A DNA stretch of 64,000 nt from Cellvibrionales bacterium (lineage in GTDB: Bacteria > Pseudomonadota > Gammaproteobacteria > Pseudomonadales > UBA7434): contig JBGTQK010000012.1 in NCBI GenBank assembly GCA_041941365.1, positions 13,415-77,414 of the forward strand, read 5' to 3'. The notes under the pieces are model-generated. The model was not told where the DNA came from. It did not search any database and saw only the letters and a list, made by a program, of their open reading frames with translations. The position numbers and the translations under genes are program-made. Shown here in pieces: positions 60,084-64,000 of this stretch; position 1 is the stretch's first letter, and each line of letters opens with the position of its first letter.

Positions 60084-62960
60084 ATGCAGCCATCCGAGTC
60101 AAATATTCAAAATCGTCAATCTAATCCACAGCAAACGATTGAGTCTTCGATGAACTCGGATACCATTGACATGGCAACTATGGCTCCTGGACAAATTCGC
60201 GTTATAAAACGAAATGGCACTGTAGTCACTTATGACGATAGCAAAATCAGTGTTGCTATTACTAAAGCATTCCTTGCTGTCGAAGGCGGTAACGCCGCCG
60301 AATCAACCCGAATTCATGAGACTGTCGCCACTCTTACTCAACAAATTGGCGCTATTTTTACAAGACGCATGCCCTCTGGCGGCACTATTCATATTGAAGA
60401 TATTCAAGATCAGGTTGAGCTTGCATTAATGCGAAGTGGGGAGCAAAGAATTGCTCGATCCTATGTTCTGTACCGTGAAGAACGCGCACGTATTCGCGCG
60501 CAGGAACAAAGTGAGAGCCAACAAAGTGTTATCAATATAATAGACGAAAATGGCAATAAGAAACCGTTAGATACAAACAGGTTAAAAACCATTATTAAAG
60601 AAGCCTGTGAGGGGCTTAGCGATGTTGATGCTAACGTTATTCTTGAAGAAACCTTTAAAAACCTTTATGACGGTGTATCAAGCAAAGAAGTAAGCTCTTC
60701 GCTTATTATGACCGCTCGTACCATGGTAGAAACTGATCCTAACTATAGCTATGTTACAGCACGTTTACTGTTAGACAATATACGCAGTGAAACACTTCAG
60801 TTTTTTAATATTGCAAATGCTGCAACACAAGCTGAGGTCAATGCATTCTACCCAGAAGCATTAAAACAATTTATTACTATAGGTATCCATAGCGAACTAC
60901 TTTCACCTGAGCTTGCATCGTTTGACCTCGAACAATTAGGCCAAGCCTTAAAATCGGAAAGAGATTTACAATTTACTTATCTGGGTTTGCAAACACTCTA
61001 TGACAGATACTTCATTCATAAAGACCAGATAAGGCTCGAATTGCCTCAAGTCTTTTTTATGCGAGTAGCGATGGGACTTGCCATTCGTGAACAGGACAAA
61101 AACACTCGTGCTATTGAATTCTATAATCTGTTATCGTCTTTTGACTACATGAGCTCAACACCAACTTTATTTAATGCTGGCACTTTACGCCCTCAACTAT
61201 CTTCTTGCTATTTAACTACTGTACCCGATGACCTGGAAGGCATCTATGGTTCTATTAGGGATAATGCTTTATTATCAAAATGGGCTGGAGGTTTAGGCAA
61301 TGACTGGACTCCTGTGCGTGCTCTGGGTGCATATATCAAAGGAACTAACGGAAAATCTCAGGGTGTAGTTCCCTTTCTAAAAGTTGTTAATGACACAGCG
61401 GTTGCTGTTAACCAGGGTGGCAAACGCAAAGGAGCGGTTTGCTCTTATCTTGAAACCTGGCACCTTGATGTAGAAGAGTTTCTGGAACTACGAAAAAATA
61501 CTGGTGATGATCGTCGTCGTACTCACGATATGAACACAGCCAACTGGGTTCCAGATCTATTTATGAAGCGTGTTTTCGAAGATAAAGACTGGACGCTGTT
61601 CACGCCAAACGATACCCCGGATTTGCATGACCTTTTTGGTACAGCTTTTGAAACACGTTATGAAGAATATGAGCGCATGGCTAATGAAGGGAAAATACAT
61701 ACCTTTAAACGCCTCAAAGCCAAAGACCTATGGCGAAAAATGCTGGGAATGCTGTTTGAAACAGGCCACCCGTGGATTACATTTAAAGACCCTTGCAACA
61801 TTCGCTCGCCCCAACAACATACAGGCGTAGTACATTCTTCTAACCTTTGTACTGAAATAACACTGAATACCAGCAATGAAGAAATAGCTGTTTGCAATCT
61901 TGGATCGATAAACCTGCCTCAGCACATTGAAAATAATGAACTAAATCTGGACAAACTCAAAGAAACAGTGACCACAGCTATACGAATGTTAGATAACGTT
62001 ATCGATATCAATTACTATTCTGTTCCACAGGCTCGCACTTCGAATTTACGTCATCGTCCGATTGGTTTAGGCCTGATGGGCTTTCAAGACGCTTTATATA
62101 AACAGCATATACCTTACAGTTCAGAACAAGCTGTTGAATTTGCAGATCGTTCAATGGAAGCAATAAGCTATTTTGCTATTGAAGCGTCATCAAATCTGGC
62201 ATTGGAGCGCGGTAGCTACACAACCTATGAAGGTTCTCTATGGAGTCAAGGTATTCTTCCAATCGATTCTTTGAAAAATCTTGAAGAACAACGTGGTAAA
62301 GAATTTATTAAAGTCGATTATAGCCAGACTTTAGATTGGTATGGGTTGCGTGAAAAAGTCAAAACAGATGGAATGCGTAACTCTAACGTTATGGCTATTG
62401 CGCCCACTGCTACGATCGCAAATATAACGGGCGTCTCCCAATCAATAGAGCCTACGTATCAAAACCTTTATGTAAAATCGAATCTATCCGGTGAATTTAC
62501 CGTAATCAACCCCTATCTTGTACGTGATCTGAAAGAACACAAGCTATGGGATTCCGTTATGGTTAACGACCTTAAACATTATGATGGCAGCCTGCAACAA
62601 ATTGATCGCATACCCGAAACACTTAAAACAATTTATGCGACCTCTTTTGAAATTGAACCTCGCTGGATTATCGATGCAGCAAGCCGACGCCAAAAATGGA
62701 TCGATCAGGCACAATCTCTTAACCTTTACATTAATGAGGCAAGCGGTAAAAGACTTGATATTACTTACCGCATGGCATGGTACAGTGGCTTAAAAACCAC
62801 TTACTACCTTCGTTCATTAGCAGCAACAGGTGCAGAAAAATCGACTATAGATACTAGTACCTTAAATGCAGTAAATGCATCAAGTAATGCATTTACTGAA
62901 GCTGCTCCTGTACCGAAAGCATGTTCAATCGATGATCCTGACTGTGAAGCTTGTCAATAA
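60084..62960 (+). CDS. nrdA: Ribonucleoside-diphosphate reductase class Ia alpha subunit (two ATP cones)
   Basis: VIKRNG ATP cone, LSSCYL, SNLCTEI, MAIAPTA, LKTTYYLR, C-terminal CEACQ. Start MQPS (60084) has an RBS. Confidence 0.97.
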   Translation: MQPSESNIQNRQSNPQQTIESSMNSDTIDMATMAPGQIRVIKRNGTVVTYDDSKISVAITKAFLAVEGGNAAESTRIHETVATLTQQIGAIFTRRMPSGGTIHIEDIQDQVELALMRSGEQRIARSYVLYREERARIRAQEQSESQQSVINIIDENGNKKPLDTNRLKTIIKEACEGLSDVDANVILEETFKNLYDGVSSKEVSSSLIMTARTMVETDPNYSYVTARLLLDNIRSETLQFFNIANAATQAEVNAFYPEALKQFITIGIHSELLSPELASFDLEQLGQALKSERDLQFTYLGLQTLYDRYFIHKDQIRLELPQVFFMRVAMGLAIREQDKNTRAIEFYNLLSSFDYMSSTPTLFNAGTLRPQLSSCYLTTVPDDLEGIYGSIRDNALLSKWAGGLGNDWTPVRALGAYIKGTNGKSQGVVPFLKVVNDTAVAVNQGGKRKGAVCSYLETWHLDVEEFLELRKNTGDDRRRTHDMNTANWVPDLFMKRVFEDKDWTLFTPNDTPDLHDLFGTAFETRYEEYERMANEGKIHTFKRLKAKDLWRKMLGMLFETGHPWITFKDPCNIRSPQQHTGVVHSSNLCTEITLNTSNEEIAVCNLGSINLPQHIENNELNLDKLKETVTTAIRMLDNVIDINYYSVPQARTSNLRHRPIGLGLMGFQDALYKQHIPYSSEQAVEFADRSMEAISYFAIEASSNLALERGSYTTYEGSLWSQGILPIDSLKNLEEQRGKEFIKVDYSQTLDWYGLREKVKTDGMRNSNVMAIAPTATIANITGVSQSIEPTYQNLYVKSNLSGEFTVINPYLVRDLKEHKLWDSVMVNDLKHYDGSLQQIDRIPETLKTIYATSFEIEPRWIIDAASRRQKWIDQAQSLNLYINEASGKRLDITYRMAWYSGLKTTYYLRSLAATGAEKSTIDTSTLNAVNASSNAFTEAAPVPKACSIDDPDCEACQ

Positions 62961-63016
62961 AGATTTAAGATCGATTATTACACACACCAAAGAAATCTAA
63001 CTGGAGCTTAAAAAAG

Positions 63017-64000
63017 ATGATTAGTTGGGACGAATACAACGACGACACTGCGGCAAAATCAGCTACAGCTAAAAAAGCAATAAAACCAACTATTGAGCCG
63101 GTATCAGCACCAGAAGTTGTGCGTACAGCAAAAGAAAAGCTGGAAGCATCAGCTAACAATAACTCTATAAGAGAGTCTGCAAAAAGCAGTTCAGGCGCTA
63201 CCGATACATCAAGCACTCCAACACCAAGTAATATTGCTACCGCTCAAAAAGCGGTAGACAATATTGACATTGCCCCCGGCCTTGAAGAATTGGAAATGGG
63301 AGCGAAACGGATTCATGTTGATGAAAAAAGAATGATTAACTGTCGTGCTGACCTTAACCAGCTTGTTCCTTTTAAGTATGATTGGGCATGGCAAAAGTAC
63401 CTCGATGGCTGTGCCAACCACTGGATGCCGCAAGAAATCAATATGAATGCTGATATTGCACTTTGGAAGTCTGAAGAAGGGCTTAGTGACGACGAACGCC
63501 TTATTGTTATGCGCTCTCTAGGCTATTTTTCAACTGCTGATTCACTGGTAGCCAATAACCTTGTTCTCGCTATATACCGACTGATTACTAACCCTGAATG
63601 TCGTCAGTATATTTTACGTCAAGCATTCGAAGAAGCTATCCATACACATGCTTATCAATACTGTATAGAATCGTTAGGTATGGATGAAGGTGAAGTATTC
63701 AATATGTATCGAGAAGTACCTTCTGTTGCCAAAAAAGCCACTTGGAGCTTAAGTCATACGCACTCTTTGAGCAAACCAGACTTTACCACTGGGACACCAG
63801 AGAACGACCAGGAGTTATTGCGTAACCTCATTGCTTTTTATGCAGTTACTGAAGGTATATTCTTCTATTGTGGCTTTACCCAAATCCTGTCAATGGGCAG
63901 ACGTAATAAAATGACCGGTGTTGCAGAACAATTCCAATATATTTTACGTGATGAATCCATGCACCTTAACTTTGGTATCGATGTAATTAATCAGATTAAA
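63017..64000 (+). CDS. nrdB: Ribonucleotide reductase beta subunit (partial, runs off the right edge)
   Basis: Not in the ORF track. MISWDEY..., [43 protein letters not shown]. Confidence 0.95.
   Translation, partial: MISWDEYNDDTAAKSATAKKAIKPTIEPVSAPEVVRTAKEKLEASANNNSIRESAKSSSGATDTSSTPTPSNIATAQKAVDNIDIAPGLEELEMGAKRIHVDEKRMINCRADLNQLVPFKYDWAWQKYLDGCANHWMPQEINMNADIALWKSEEGLSDDERLIVMRSLGYFSTADSLVANNLVLAIYRLITNPECRQYILRQAFEEAIHTHAYQYCIESLGMDEGEVFNMYREVPSVAKKATWSLSHTHSLSKPDFTTGTPENDQELLRNLIAFYAVTEGIFFYCGFTQILSMGRRNKMTGVAEQFQYILRDESMHLNFGIDVINQIK

Noticed and set aside
63017-63260. Long Ala/Ser/Thr-rich N-terminal segment of NrdB
   Set aside because: Variable linkers after the M.SWDE start are typical of this NrdB clade; no intein or intron signature seen in nrdAB.

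Overview
AT-rich gammaproteobacterial chromosome segment, probably marine (taxonomy inferred from gene order and content only). Left arm (1-26.2 kb): a TtpB/TtpC-ExbBD-TonB-TPR operon that runs into an ECF-type transporter, divergent modABC, a porin/small binding protein/multi-HAMP chemoreceptor cluster, a PTS-IIC-EAL fusion, a DUF3604/PPIase/HupE trio, and a MauG-like diheme/cupredoxin/cytochrome c/MCP operon. Middle (about 26.5-43.1 kb): an integrase-less accessory island next to tRNA-Pro(GGG), bounded by a 22-bp direct repeat. It carries IS3 remnants, an inverted pair of dif-like sites, a 2965-aa Rhs polymorphic toxin of unusual architecture with immunity and an orphan toxin/immunity module, two paralogous exported proteins, a CsrA-cold-shock fusion, and an OleA/FabH-like condensing enzyme overlapping a 7TM-Fis-HTH regulator. 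That last pair is my best candidate for an undescribed signal synthase/receptor system. Right arm (43.2-64 kb): core genes (thrS-infC-rpmI-rplT-pheST-ihfA-merR, grxD, argD-argF, glpK, nrdAB) plus a surface beta-propeller/diheme protein. All family calls come from motif recognition by eye; no database search was run.
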